Assembly (NCBI GenBank): GCA_035716045.1
Contig: DASTKI010000165.1
Coordinates: 80-64,079 of the forward strand
Direction: 5' to 3'
Length of the DNA stretch: 64,000 nucleotides
Source: Ktedonobacterales bacterium
GTDB lineage: Bacteria > Chloroflexota > Ktedonobacteria > Ktedonobacterales > JADMIN01
Positions 29,410-39,524 of the stretch are shown here, one piece after another (position 1 is the first letter of the stretch; each line of letters starts with the position of its first letter). The position numbers and the translations under genes were made by a program. Under the pieces are notes generated by a model, which had not been told where the DNA came from, searched no databases, and saw only the letters and a list, made by a program, of their open reading frames with translations.

Positions 29410-30091
29410 TACACAGGGCCACGAAAACGCTTCGTTCCGCGTCATCTTCATTGGGCGCGACCGGCCTACAAGGCCGGACTACGAGACCAGCCTACGATGC
29501 TCACGCGGCTAAAGAAACCCGCCGCTCCTCCATAACGGCCGCCAGCGGTCGTCCGGTCATCCCATCGCCCACCCGCTGGACAGCGCGCCATCGCCAATAA
29601 CCACCAACCGCTTTGCCGACCGATGGCCCGTCGCCTCCTGCGCCCAACTCTGCTCAGTGGACAACCCCAAAGGGCGCCAGACGCCACATCCGCCCGGTCA
29701 CTGTAGCCACCGCCAACTGTGAGCTATCCGCCGCCACCGCCGCAGAGCCCAGCGTCACCGCTGAGAGCCATGTGAACGGGCCTCGCACCTGCCTTGACGC
29801 GAACGCCCACGCTAGTTTTACAACGGGTTCAGCGCGCTCGCCCGCGCCAGCATCCTGAGAGCGCGTCCTATTGAGTCCATTGAGCCCGACCAGTAGTCAG
29901 GCGAACCCCTCCGAGGGCGCGCGGCAGCCTGTGGGGATGAGGGGATGAGGGGGCCTCCAGGCCATTCGATGCGGTGTCACACCAGTTTCGATCGGGTTGT
30001 TGGCGCCCACGCGAGACTCGCGCTCCCTACCGCCTCCGTGCGCCGGTCCTTCAGGGCTGCGCCAGCCCAACGCGAATCGGCGCCAGAAGTA

Positions 30092-31288
30092 TCAGTTCAG
30101 CAGCGAAGAAGTCGGCAGATAGAACGTCACGAACTTACTCTCCGGAGCGTTCTGTCCGGCCCCGCGCGCGATCACATCCAGCACATCCGCGTTCGCCCCC
30201 AGCGGCGCGCGCAAGCCCGCCGTGGGGTCTACCCCGGCGATCCGCGTGGAGAGCCGGGTAGGGCGCAGCGCGGCCAGCGTCGTCGGCCTCAGCGCCGCGG
30301 CGACCTGCGTGAGCGCATAGGATGTCATCCCATCGCGCTGGTCGCCCGTGATCCAGAAGATAACCCCATCGCGCTCGAAGATCAGCAGGCTCCGGGTACC
30401 GCGCTGCCAGGTCTGGCGTCCACCCTGCGTCACGACCCACATCCCATCCACATACACCGCCGGCTGCCCATCCACGCTCGTCTTGGTCGCCGAGCCATTC
30501 TGCACGGCCAGCAAGACCGCGAGGTACTGACTTGAAAGCTGGAACTCCCGAATATCCAGCAGCCCCGTGCCGCCCTTCGTCACAGCGGCTGGCGTTTGCT
30601 CTGGCTGCGCCGACTGCCCTGGCTCCATCAGCGCGTACTGGAGGTCCAGAATCTGCCCGTTCGACCATTCCTGCTGGTCCAGCAGATTCATTCCAATATA
30701 GGCGTACGGCCCTAGCGCCTGTCCCGGCCATAATACCGGCATCGGCGCGCCCTGCCGCGCCAGCGGCCCCAGGCGCTTGATCGCCTTCGACACATTCGTC
30801 GGATAGCTGTCAATCTGCTGCGCGCCTGACTGCCCCAGCAGCAACCGCAGCCCCTCCGCGAAGGATGGCGTCGCCAGATACACGCTGCCGACGACTAGCG
30901 CCATCAGCAGGGAGAGCGCCGCCAGCACCGGCGCGCCCGCCCGGCGCGCCGGCTCCGTCAGCGCGCGCAGCGTCATGCCCTCAGGCAGCCCCAGCGGCCC
31001 GCGACGTGGCGTCAGCGGGCGAAGCGGAAGATCGAGCCGCCGCATCACGCGATAGATCAGTTTGCGGGTATAGCCTTTGCTCAGCGGCGCGCGCAGCTCA
31101 TCATCGAGCAGCGTCTGCACAAAGAGTGGCGGCAGAGTCTCATCCTCGATCGGAAACAACTCCCGCAACTCCGCGGCGAATTGCCTCTCCTCAGGACTGA
31201 AGTCCTCTGGCCACTGCTGCCCGTCATGCTCCTGGGCCTCGTGGACCTCAGGAAACTCCGGGCTGTCTGAGCGCTCGAACCCGCTCAT
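30092..31288 (-). CDS. Putative anti-sigma factor / membrane-anchored extracytoplasmic protein
   Basis: Trimmed to MSGFERSD (ATG 31288). Single TM APVLAALSLLMALVVGSVYL after a ~110-aa cytoplasmic segment. Lies immediately downstream of, and overlapping, the ECF sigma gene. No zf-HC2 motif. Confidence 0.5.
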   Translation of the reverse strand: MSGFERSDSPEFPEVHEAQEHDGQQWPEDFSPEERQFAAELRELFPIEDETLPPLFVQTLLDDELRAPLSKGYTRKLIYRVMRRLDLPLRPLTPRRGPLGLPEGMTLRALTEPARRAGAPVLAALSLLMALVVGSVYLATPSFAEGLRLLLGQSGAQQIDSYPTNVSKAIKRLGPLARQGAPMPVLWPGQALGPYAYIGMNLLDQQEWSNGQILDLQYALMEPGQSAQPEQTPAAVTKGGTGLLDIREFQLSSQYLAVLLAVQNGSATKTSVDGQPAVYVDGMWVVTQGGRQTWQRGTRSLLIFERDGVIFWITGDQRDGMTSYALTQVAAALRPTTLAALRPTRLSTRIAGVDPTAGLRAPLGANADVLDVIARGAGQNAPESKFVTFYLPTSSLLN

Positions 31289-31898
31289 AGGTCTGCTCCT
31301 CGAGGGCGTCGCGCAGCGTTTTGCGCGCTCGCCAGAGACGCGTATCAATAGCATGGCGGGTGAGGCCCGTCTTCTCGGAGATGTCCTCAGTGCTCGCCAG
31401 CCGGAAATACCGCATATAGACGAGATAGCGGTCAAGCTCTGGCAACGCTTCCAACGCCGAGCGAAGCTCCTCTCGCCGCTCACGCTGTTCGAGAAGACCT
31501 TCCATGTTGTGGTCCGTCAGATGGGATGGTGGGCGCTCGCCAGCGGGCGTCGAGCCCGATCGCGCGCCCGTCCCATCACTATCCAGCGAGGTCACGGTCG
31601 CCTGACGGCGCCGCAGCTGGCGCAGACGGTCCAGCGCGATATACTTCGCCCGCATCGTCAGCCAGGTCCGCAGCGAACCACGAGTCGGGGTGAACGTCTC
31701 GATCTCCTGCCACGCGGTGACAAAGAGATCTTGCGCGCACTCCTCGGCGTCCTGGGCTGTTCCCGTTCCATTCAGGAGCGCCCGAATGAAATAGGTGATC
31801 TCGCGCGCGTACTGCCGCATCAGCGCTTCGAGCGCTCGCGGATTGCGCGCGATCAGCCCCGCGTACAGAGCGTCATCAGGCCAATCATCTTGCACCAC
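31248..31898 (-). CDS. ECF-type RNA polymerase sigma factor
   Basis: Region 2 (AEECAQDLFVTAWQEIETF, RTWLTMRAKYIALDRLR) and region 4 (LASTEDISEKTGLTRHAIDTRLWRARKTL). Confidence 0.85.
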   Translation of the reverse strand: MVQDDWPDDALYAGLIARNPRALEALMRQYAREITYFIRALLNGTGTAQDAEECAQDLFVTAWQEIETFTPTRGSLRTWLTMRAKYIALDRLRQLRRRQATVTSLDSDGTGARSGSTPAGERPPSHLTDHNMEGLLEQRERREELRSALEALPELDRYLVYMRYFRLASTEDISEKTGLTRHAIDTRLWRARKTLRDALEEQTYERVRALRQPGVS

Positions 31899-32727
31899 GT
31901 CACTCCTGAAAGGCGCCTGACTTCTTCCCTCGCTGGCGCCATTGCCAGCGAACGCGCCATCCCGCCTATCACCGCCCTCCCACGCGCATCAGTCGCGCGC
32001 GATAGAGGCGTCAGCGTGCTGGCTCAGCGAGGCCGCCGGAACGGGTTCCGCCGGGTTCCGCGCGTCTCGCGGCTCTCGGGATGGTCAGTGACTACGGTGT
32101 CATGCCGTCCAATGTGTAGGTCTGACTGGTGGGGCGCATAGCCCGAAGACCGCCTGAATGGCTATCTCTTGTGACATACTACGTCACACCAGAACCATAT
32201 CTCACCCCCGACCGGCCTCATCCCCCATCTGGCTATGCCGCCAGTCCCTCGCCCGGGGCGCATCCGCGCCCGAAGCGCTGGGAGGTTGGTGATGTGAGCG
32301 GCCGTGGCATTGACGGACCACGGGCGACGAGCCCACGATTCTTCGCTGGTTACAGGATGTATCCAGCGTCTCGGAACTACCCGCCGCGATTCCATAGCGC
32401 CCCAGGCGCCATATCTAGGCCATCCCGGCTATACGGGCTATCCAGGCTATCCAGGCGCCGCCTACCCCACGGACAAGCCCACGGACAAGCCCATGCGCGC
32501 ACCCTCACGCGACATCGCGTGAAGCCCTAAAGCCACATCAAGCTGAAAATAGCCTGAGATCGCTTGGGACGCTCCCCCGAACGGCGCGAGCGCGGCAGGG
32601 CGGCGTCGTTAGGTACGCGTATTCTGAAGGAGTCACAGCCTTTCTGTCAAGTGGCCAGCGCGACGAGCCGCTGGACCGGTGACCCGCGCGCGGCGCCGAT
32701 CCCGGACGCAGCCGTGGCTATGCCCCG

Positions 32728-33213
32728 CTACGCCCTCGCCTTCGGCTCCTCACGCACATCCGCCACCAGACCACCCGTCATCCGCGCCAGCTCGGCGGGC
32801 GTCGTCTCGAATACAGCATTCGGCGTGCCTGCCGCGGCCCAGATCGTCGCGAAATCCATCAAATCCTGATCTATCACCGTGCGCAGTGTCTCCGCATGCC
32901 CCACCGGCGGCACCCCGCCAATCGGATATCCCGTCGCCCGCCGCACAACCTCCGCGTCCGCCCGCCGCACAGTCGCCCCCAGCAAGCGCGCCAGCTTCCC
33001 CGTATCCACCCGGTTCACCCCCGAGGCGATCACCAGCGCGGGCGCATCCCCCACCAGAAACACCAGGCTTTTCGCGATCTGCGCCACCGACGTCCCAATC
33101 GCCGCCGCCGCCTCAGCCGACGTGCGCGTAGACGCCGCGAGCTCCATGGGCTCCGCCATCACACCGCGCTCGGCCAGCGCCGCCCGCACACGCTCCACGT
33201 TCGGATGCCCCAT
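32728..33213 (-). CDS. YbaK/EbsC-family aminoacyl-tRNA editing (deacylase) domain protein
   Basis: 161 aa. IAKSLVFLVGDAPALVIASGVNRVDTGKLA...GYPIGGVPPVGH is typical of the YbaK/ProX fold. Confidence 0.75.
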   Translation of the reverse strand: MGHPNVERVRAALAERGVMAEPMELAASTRTSAEAAAAIGTSVAQIAKSLVFLVGDAPALVIASGVNRVDTGKLARLLGATVRRADAEVVRRATGYPIGGVPPVGHAETLRTVIDQDLMDFATIWAAAGTPNAVFETTPAELARMTGGLVADVREEPKARA

Positions 33214-33518
33214 CCCTTCACCTCTCGTCTCGCCATCTCAACACCCCATCGCCTCCCAGGCCCCATCCCCACGCTCAGCGGTTATACCACGCCATCACCC
33301 ACCCGCCCGACCTGTCACCCATCCCAGGCCCCATCAGCTGTGGCCCGCGCCATACCCACCCGCGCCTACCGCATGCTATGCTCACCATGCGCTCAACCGA
33401 CTCTCGCGCGTCATAGTAAGTGAACGCGCCACAGAGCGCGAAGCCAGAGCTTCGGGGGAGTCTCGCGAACGCGCGGCGAGCGCGAGCGCGCGGCGCGCAA
33501 GCGCGGAGGAGTGATGAG

Positions 33519-34544
33519 ATGAGCATCGCGGCGCGGACGTCACAGCTATCGCGACCATCTGATGCGGGGCGCTCTGCGGCCCGCGCGCGGCTCGGCGCGA
33601 CAGGCGCCATCATCGCGCTCTGCGCCTTGCTCGCCGCCTGCGGCCCAAGCGGCGGCTCCTCCACCACCGGCGGCGGCGCCACCGCCACCGTGGGCGCCAC
33701 CGCGAGCGCGTCCGCCACCGCCACGACTGCGCCCACCTCGACCCCGCTCGCCACCGCCTTCCACGTCTCCCCCGCCAACACCGCCGGGCTCTGCAATGGC
33801 TCCTTCGGCCCCAACGCCTCCTCGGTCTACGCCTTCAGCAAGACAGTCTACGCTGAGGCCGCCTTCGCCCTCAGCTACCCATCGTACGCCATGCCCTCCG
33901 GCGCCGGGTTCAAGCCCTTCAAGCTCGGAAACAGCATGGACTTCCCCGTGCTCGACCAGGTCTTCGGCGGTTCTCCCAGCGCCAACCCCGCTATCTCGCA
34001 GCCGGGCGGCATCCTCTTCTCGGTCTGCAACAACGGCTCGCAGTCCATCACCGTGAGCGGCGTCGGCATGGCCATCACTCACGTCACATCTCACGCCAGC
34101 CCGATTGACACCTGGCAGCCCTGCGACGGAGCCTACCAGCCCAGCGTCGGCGTCACCGGCGGCGGCTGCGGCGGCGCCGTCCTGGCCGACGAAGACATGC
34201 GCGCCACCTTCGCAGCCAGCGCGGGCGTGGGCGCGACCACCAGCGCCACCATGATCAGCGCCAACGGCCCCAACGGCTATAGCCCGCTGCCCGTTACCCT
34301 CAAGCCCGGCCACACGCTCCAGATCACCGTCGCTGTCACCATGCCCACTACGCCGGGAATCTACACCCTCGCTCTCACCGTCAAGGCCACCGGCGTCAGC
34401 GGCCCCGCCGCCTACGCGCCCCTCACGCCGCAGCTGTTCGCCGCCACCGCTCACAAGTGGAATGGTCAGAACTGCAAAGCTTCCGCTATGCTCAGCCAGA
34501 TCCCCACCAAGGCCACCTCGTCCTACTTCATCTGTCCCAAATAG
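33519..34544 (+). CDS. Hypothetical lipoprotein
   Basis: Start moved to ATG 33519. Lipobox ALLAACG follows a hydrophobic segment, then a Ser/Thr/Gly/Ala-rich linker and a Cys-containing beta-rich domain. Confidence 0.6.
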   Translation: MSIAARTSQLSRPSDAGRSAARARLGATGAIIALCALLAACGPSGGSSTTGGGATATVGATASASATATTAPTSTPLATAFHVSPANTAGLCNGSFGPNASSVYAFSKTVYAEAAFALSYPSYAMPSGAGFKPFKLGNSMDFPVLDQVFGGSPSANPAISQPGGILFSVCNNGSQSITVSGVGMAITHVTSHASPIDTWQPCDGAYQPSVGVTGGGCGGAVLADEDMRATFAASAGVGATTSATMISANGPNGYSPLPVTLKPGHTLQITVAVTMPTTPGIYTLALTVKATGVSGPAAYAPLTPQLFAATAHKWNGQNCKASAMLSQIPTKATSSYFICPK

Positions 34545-34624
34545 CGCCTGGCGCAAACCATGCTGGGCTGGCTACACTTTGAGGGTAGCCAGCCCGCTAC
34601 CATCCAGCCAGGAGTCAAGCCGCC

Positions 34625-34993
34625 ATGAGCCAGCCCGACAACACCAGAACCGCCAGCCCGGAGATCAGCATCGAAGACTTCCAGCGCGTAGATATCCGCG
34701 TCGGGTGTATCCTCTCCGCCGAGCCGCTGGCGGGCGCGCGCAAGCCCGCCTACGCCCTGCGCATCGACTTCGGCCCCCAAATCGGCGTCAAGCAGTCCAG
34801 CGCCCAGGTCACGGCCCACTACACGCCCGAAGCGCTCGTCGGCTCGCTCGTCCTCGCCGTCGTCAACTTCCCGCCGCGTCGGATCGCCGGCTACCGCTCC
34901 GAAGTCCTCACCCTCGGCGTCCCTGACGAGAACGGCGACGTCATCCTCATCGCCCCGCGCGCCGGCGCGCCCCTCGGCGCCCGCCTCTTCTGA
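34625..34993 (+). CDS. tRNA-binding domain protein (CsaA/EMAP-type)
   Basis: IEDFQRVDIRVGCILSAEPLAGARKPAYALRIDFGPQIGVKQSSAQVT...VVNFPPRRIAGYRSEVLTLG matches the CsaA pattern. Confidence 0.8.
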   Translation: MSQPDNTRTASPEISIEDFQRVDIRVGCILSAEPLAGARKPAYALRIDFGPQIGVKQSSAQVTAHYTPEALVGSLVLAVVNFPPRRIAGYRSEVLTLGVPDENGDVILIAPRAGAPLGARLF

Positions 34994-35087
34994 AGATCAC
35001 GCGGCTATGAGCGCAGAAGGACTTGCCGTCCCCCAGCCCTTGTTCAGAGCCAGGGAACGGCAACGGTAGCGATGGGGCGCTGGAATA

Positions 35088-35897
35088 TCAGCTTCTGCGC
35101 CTGCGGATGAAAGGCACGAGCATCGGCGTGGCTCGCTGGTAGGCGACATAGTCCTCGCCAAGGGCGGCGACCAGGTCGCGCTCCTCCAGGAAGCGCACCG
35201 CAAGCAGGATGTAGGCGGTCAGCGCGAGGGCGAGCAGCAGATGACCAGTCGTCATCTGTGGCGCCGCCCAGAACGCGATCAGCAAGCCCAGCATCATTGG
35301 GTGGCGTATCAGCTTGTAGAACAGCGGCGTGCGGAACGGCAGGCTGGTGTACGCCTTGCGCCGCCAGGCGAGATAGACCTGGCGCAGGCCCAGCATATCG
35401 AAGTGGTTGATGAGAAAGGTCGAGACGAACGCCAGCAGCCAGCCCGCCACTGATAGACCCAGCAACGCGCCCGCGGCCAGCGTATTATCCACACGCCAGA
35501 TCACGGCTGTCAGTGGACACCACTGCCAGCTGAGCAGGAGCAGAGACAGGCCCGCCACGGCCACGTACACGCTTCGCTCGAGACTGTGTGGAACGATGCG
35601 CGTCCACCACGCCTTGAACCCGGGCCGCGCCATCAGGCTATGTATCCCCGCGAAGAACGCAAGCAGTCCCGCGTCAATCGCTACTGCGCTCCACACCGGC
35701 GTCGCCAGCCCCGCGTCAATACCCTTCGGCGCGCCCACGCCCTCCACAAACCAGACGAAATACAGGAATCCCGCCAGACCAGTCACGTAGCAGATAACCC
35801 CGATAAGCAGCGCCAGCGTCGCGCCCACGCGCGTCGCCAGCGACGGAGCCTGGTCCGCGCTGGCGACCCATGGTGCACGCTGTGATTCCACGCTCAT
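35088..35897 (-). CDS. Membrane methyltransferase of the ICMT/PEMT (MddA-like) family
   Basis: Multi-TM protein with C-terminal motifs FLINHFDMLGLRQV...PLFYKLIRHPMMLGLLIAFWA...LEERDLVAALGEDYVAYQ. Confidence 0.65.
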   Translation of the reverse strand: MSVESQRAPWVASADQAPSLATRVGATLALLIGVICYVTGLAGFLYFVWFVEGVGAPKGIDAGLATPVWSAVAIDAGLLAFFAGIHSLMARPGFKAWWTRIVPHSLERSVYVAVAGLSLLLLSWQWCPLTAVIWRVDNTLAAGALLGLSVAGWLLAFVSTFLINHFDMLGLRQVYLAWRRKAYTSLPFRTPLFYKLIRHPMMLGLLIAFWAAPQMTTGHLLLALALTAYILLAVRFLEERDLVAALGEDYVAYQRATPMLVPFIRRRRS

Positions 35898-35945
35898 GTG
35901 TTCATCCCTCCCTCATGCCGAAAATAACGAGAGTCAGGTTGCGCG

Positions 35946-38051
35946 CTAGAGCAACTCGGCAATACAGGCGGCCGCGCGAGCCGCTCCGCCCGGCTCGACA
36001 TCGCGGTACCTGACCTCCCGGCCTAACTCCTGCGCGATGGCATCCGCGATGATCTCTGGCGAGGCCGTGTCATACTCCATGCGCCGCCCGGCGCCGTAGC
36101 GATCAAGGCGGTAGCTGACCTGATACCACTGCTCGAAGTGGCGGCGCAGCGGGAAATAGAGGAATGGCCGCCTGGCGGCTGTCAGCTCCATGCACGTCGT
36201 CAACCCACCCTGCACGATCGCCAGATCGCAGGCGGCCAGATGCTGGTAGAGATCGGGGACATACCCGCGCGCTTCCAGCCCGCTCAGGGACGGCAGTGAC
36301 GCCAGATCGATGCGCGGGCCGGTGACGACGATCATGCGCAGCGCGGGCACGCGGCGCTTCGCCTGGGGATACGCCGCGACCACCCGCCGCAGCAGCGCCT
36401 CCCCAACACCCGACCCGCCAACAGCCACGACACAGACCTGCTCGCCGGGCTGGTAGCCGAGCCGCGCCCGCAGCGCCTCCCGGTCGCCCGTCTCGCTCAC
36501 ATCGAAGCCGGTAATGTAGCCGCAGAAATCGTAATGCCGCTCGGTCCACTCGCGAATGGACGGCAAGCCGGGGCCAAAAGAGCCTGGTGGGATATCGTCG
36601 GGATCGCCCACGAAGATCGCCCGGTCGCGAATGCGCGGCAGGCGCTCGACATGCTCGATCATCTCGGCGTTGAAATCGGCGACGAGCATCGCCTCGCGCT
36701 CTCCGCCCTCCGGCGTGGGCAGCGCGCCGACGAAATCCGTCAGCCACGCGAAGGCCGCGCGCTTCTCCTCGGGATTCTCGTGGAGGAAGAAGTCCAGCTC
36801 CCAGGCCTCGTCGCCGATCCACAGATCGTACGGCGTCTCGCGCACGACATCGTGGAAGAGCATGTAGTTCGCGGTCATGATGGCGTCCATCCGGCGGAAG
36901 GCCTGAAAGATGTTCAGGTCGTGCTCGGCCGCTTCGCCCTCCAGATGGCGCGACTCGCTGGCGAGCAGCGCGCTCGCCGGATGGATGCGCTCGTGGCGTG
37001 CGGCAAGCGCCTGCGTCACGGGATGCTGCGCCAGCCAATCAATCTGCAAACCGGGCCGCAGCTTGCGCAGCTCATCAGCGATCGCCAGGTCACGCCGTAC
37101 ATGCCCAAGCCCGATGGGCGAAGACACATATAACGCGCGCAGCGGGCGCTTGCGCACGGGCGCCCAGACAGCGCGGCGCGGCGTCTGCGGCGTAATGAAG
37201 TCTCGCAGCAGCAGATTGACTTGCACTGGATCGCGCCCATGCGGCGCGTGGCCGCCGCCCTCGATGACGGCCAGCGACCCACCCGTCCACTCGGCCAGCG
37301 CCTCCGCTGTGGACAGCGGGACGACCCGATCCTCGGTCCCATGAATGACCAGCGTTGGGCAGCGCACGCGCCGCGCGTACTCCTCCACCGTCCTCCGCGA
37401 GACACGATGCGGCGCGAGAATGGTCGCGATCAGCGTCTGAGGCGTCGTCTCCAGTCCCCAGCCCACGCAATCTTCGATCTGCTTGCTGGAGTGCGGCTCA
37501 CTGAACACCTGGCCGAAGAAGAACTCGACGAAGCCGGGATAATCCTTGAGCCAGTAGTGGAGGTTGAACTTGGCCCAGCCCTCTTCAGTATCGAGCGGCT
37601 TGGTAAAGGAGTAGGTCGGCCCGACGGGCGGGACAGATGGGTCCTGCGGTATGGGCAGTTGCGGGCCGATGAAGACCGCGCCGGCGACGCGCTCAGGATG
37701 CTCCGCCACGAGAAACAGCCCCCAGTTGGCCCCTTTGGAGTGCGAGACGATCACCGCGCGCTCGACGCCCACGGCGTCGAGCACCGCTAGCGCGTCAGCG
37801 GCGAACTCGCTATCCGTGTACGCCTCCGGCTGCTCAGGGCAGCTCGACCGGCCATTGCCTCGCCCATCGAAGGCAACCACGCGACAGTGGCGCGCCAGAT
37901 CGGGGATTTGCGCGCGCCAGGAGGCCGAGTGCGCGATAGACCAGGGCGGCAGGAGCAGCACAGTTGGCTCCCCCGCGCCGAATACCTCGTAATAAATCGA
38001 GATCCCGTCACGGGTAACGACCCCCTGATGGTCAGGCTCACGCGCGCGCAT
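35946..38051 (-). CDS. Fusion protein: N-terminal alpha/beta hydrolase plus C-terminal GT-B fold glycosyltransferase
   Basis: The N-terminal ~290 aa have VLLLPPWSIAHSASW, nucleophile elbow VSHSKGA and C-terminal GGHAPH. The C-terminal ~400 aa have the GT-B nucleotide-sugar half (VAVGGSGVGE...DLAIVQGGLTTCMELTAARRPFLYFPL). One uninterrupted 701-aa frame. Confidence 0.75.
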   Translation of the reverse strand: MRAREPDHQGVVTRDGISIYYEVFGAGEPTVLLLPPWSIAHSASWRAQIPDLARHCRVVAFDGRGNGRSSCPEQPEAYTDSEFAADALAVLDAVGVERAVIVSHSKGANWGLFLVAEHPERVAGAVFIGPQLPIPQDPSVPPVGPTYSFTKPLDTEEGWAKFNLHYWLKDYPGFVEFFFGQVFSEPHSSKQIEDCVGWGLETTPQTLIATILAPHRVSRRTVEEYARRVRCPTLVIHGTEDRVVPLSTAEALAEWTGGSLAVIEGGGHAPHGRDPVQVNLLLRDFITPQTPRRAVWAPVRKRPLRALYVSSPIGLGHVRRDLAIADELRKLRPGLQIDWLAQHPVTQALAARHERIHPASALLASESRHLEGEAAEHDLNIFQAFRRMDAIMTANYMLFHDVVRETPYDLWIGDEAWELDFFLHENPEEKRAAFAWLTDFVGALPTPEGGEREAMLVADFNAEMIEHVERLPRIRDRAIFVGDPDDIPPGSFGPGLPSIREWTERHYDFCGYITGFDVSETGDREALRARLGYQPGEQVCVVAVGGSGVGEALLRRVVAAYPQAKRRVPALRMIVVTGPRIDLASLPSLSGLEARGYVPDLYQHLAACDLAIVQGGLTTCMELTAARRPFLYFPLRRHFEQWYQVSYRLDRYGAGRRMEYDTASPEIIADAIAQELGREVRYRDVEPGGAARAAACIAELL

Positions 38052-38134
38052 GCCGTTCCCCTCCCTCTCTCGCCTCCTGGCCGGCGCCTGCCCGGCGCTT
38101 CCGCGAGGACTCTGACGCCACGAGAAATGCCGCG

Positions 38135-38809
38135 CTACACAGCTTGCCCTGTCCCTCCGACCGACGGATCAGACAGGCCTGCTTCCCGATCGAGGCGCGT
38201 CAGCAAGTCCTGCATGGCCTGCAATGACTCCTGGAAATGCCCCTCCTCCTCGGATATCCCCACCAGCATCGCGAACTCTATCCCCGCCCAGAAGCCCACG
38301 ATCCAGGTCGCGATGACATCCGAGGAGAATGGCAGCTCGACGTGATAGGCGGCCAGCGCCTCGTGCACCGCTGCGTGCACCACACGCCGCCACTCCAGCA
38401 GGCGCGGCTTCACATCCTCACGCAGCGTCCGGTTCGAGATGCTCGCCGCCCAGAGCTCCAGCTGCACCCGCACGAAGCCGGACGCCAGGTCTTCTTCATA
38501 GAAGGCGCGCGCCATCGCCCACTTCTCGGCAAAGCCGCCCGGCGCGGCGTACATGCGCTCCTGGCGCGCGATCAGCGCGCGGTTGGCCTCATCGAGCGCG
38601 GCGATGACGAGCCGGTCTTTCGTGCCAAAGTAGTAATGCACGAGCGCATGGTTCACTCCGGCCTCAGCTGCGATCTCGCGTGTGCTCAGCCGCGCATAGC
38701 CGTCGCGCGCGAGCAGCGTCATAGTCGCGGCGAGCAGCTTCGCCCGCGTCTCGAGCGTCGCTTGCGATTCAGGCGCTGAATTCATGCTCGGCCTTCCCTT
38801 GTTAACCAT
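38135..38809 (-). CDS. TetR family transcriptional regulator
   Basis: HTH LLARDGYARLSTREIAAEAGVNHALVHYYFGTKDRL. Confidence 0.85.
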   Translation of the reverse strand: MVNKGRPSMNSAPESQATLETRAKLLAATMTLLARDGYARLSTREIAAEAGVNHALVHYYFGTKDRLVIAALDEANRALIARQERMYAAPGGFAEKWAMARAFYEEDLASGFVRVQLELWAASISNRTLREDVKPRLLEWRRVVHAAVHEALAAYHVELPFSSDVIATWIVGFWAGIEFAMLVGISEEEGHFQESLQAMQDLLTRLDREAGLSDPSVGGTGQAV

Positions 38810-39011
38810 CGGTTCAACCAGTGGTTAACAAGATACATGAGCAAGGGGCGCTGTGTCAAGAGTTGGCGCGCGCGCCTGTGTCGCTCTCCGCTCCCGATCT
38901 CGTCGCACCTGGTTGCGCCTCTGCCATCTCTCATGATAGACTTCGCGCCGTCTGGCGGGTCATACGCTCTGCAAGCGCCTAACTGGACATCGCACGGAGA
39001 GGAGTCACCTC

Positions 39012-39494
39012 ATGCGCCTGCTCGCCACCGCCTGCGACGCCAACCACTATGACCTCACCCGCGATGACCAGCCGGTCGCCAGCCTGCGCCTCAAGGTAGG
39101 TGGCGCTGGACGCATCGAGCTAACGGATGGCGCCGCGCTCCTCCTGCGCCGCGAAGATGCGCTCGGCGCGCGCTACGTTATCACCTACGACATGCCCACC
39201 GGCGCCGAGCCGCCCGCGCCTCTCCTGCGCGCCACGCGCTCCAATCCTCTATTCAGGAGCTACGCTGTCACCATTGATGGCCGCCAGTTTACGTTGCGCG
39301 CCCGGTCGCCCTGGCATGGCGACTACCAGCTCGACGAAGGCGGCGCCTTGGCCGGCCTCATCACGCCCGCAGGCCAATCGCGCAACGCCAGCGCCACCCT
39401 CCCCGACGATCTCCCGCAGGACGCCGCCCTCGCGCTCTTCTGCCTCATCCTCACCATCTGGCGGCAGGGATACGCCCGCGTCGACACCTTGTAA
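39012..39494 (+). CDS. Hypothetical protein
   Basis: 160-aa ORF preceded by ggagaggag, upstream of the GT39 gene. A hydrophobic C-terminal segment may be a TM. No family recognised. Confidence 0.5.
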   Translation: MRLLATACDANHYDLTRDDQPVASLRLKVGGAGRIELTDGAALLLRREDALGARYVITYDMPTGAEPPAPLLRATRSNPLFRSYAVTIDGRQFTLRARSPWHGDYQLDEGGALAGLITPAGQSRNASATLPDDLPQDAALALFCLILTIWRQGYARVDTL

Positions 39495-39524
39495 CCTCTG
39501 CCGTATGTATCACCGGAGGAACCG

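Noticed and set aside
32129-32530. ORFs 32129..32530 and 32304..32522, the latter containing GYPGYPG and TDKPTDKP peptide repeats
   Set aside because: No RBS or start context, and there are competing frames. The repeats are short DNA-level tandem duplications (ggctatccaggctatccagg; ccacggacaagcccacggacaagcc) in what looks like the upstream region of the ECF sigma operon. Coding status cannot be supported.
33546-34556. 336-aa minus-strand ORF
   Set aside because: Antisense to the lipoprotein gene 33519..34544. Gly/Ala/Asp shadow composition.
36103-37038. 311-aa minus-strand ORF in another frame of the hydrolase-GT gene
   Set aside because: Arg/Ala/Gly-rich off-frame translation. The 701-aa frame carries the recognisable domain motifs.
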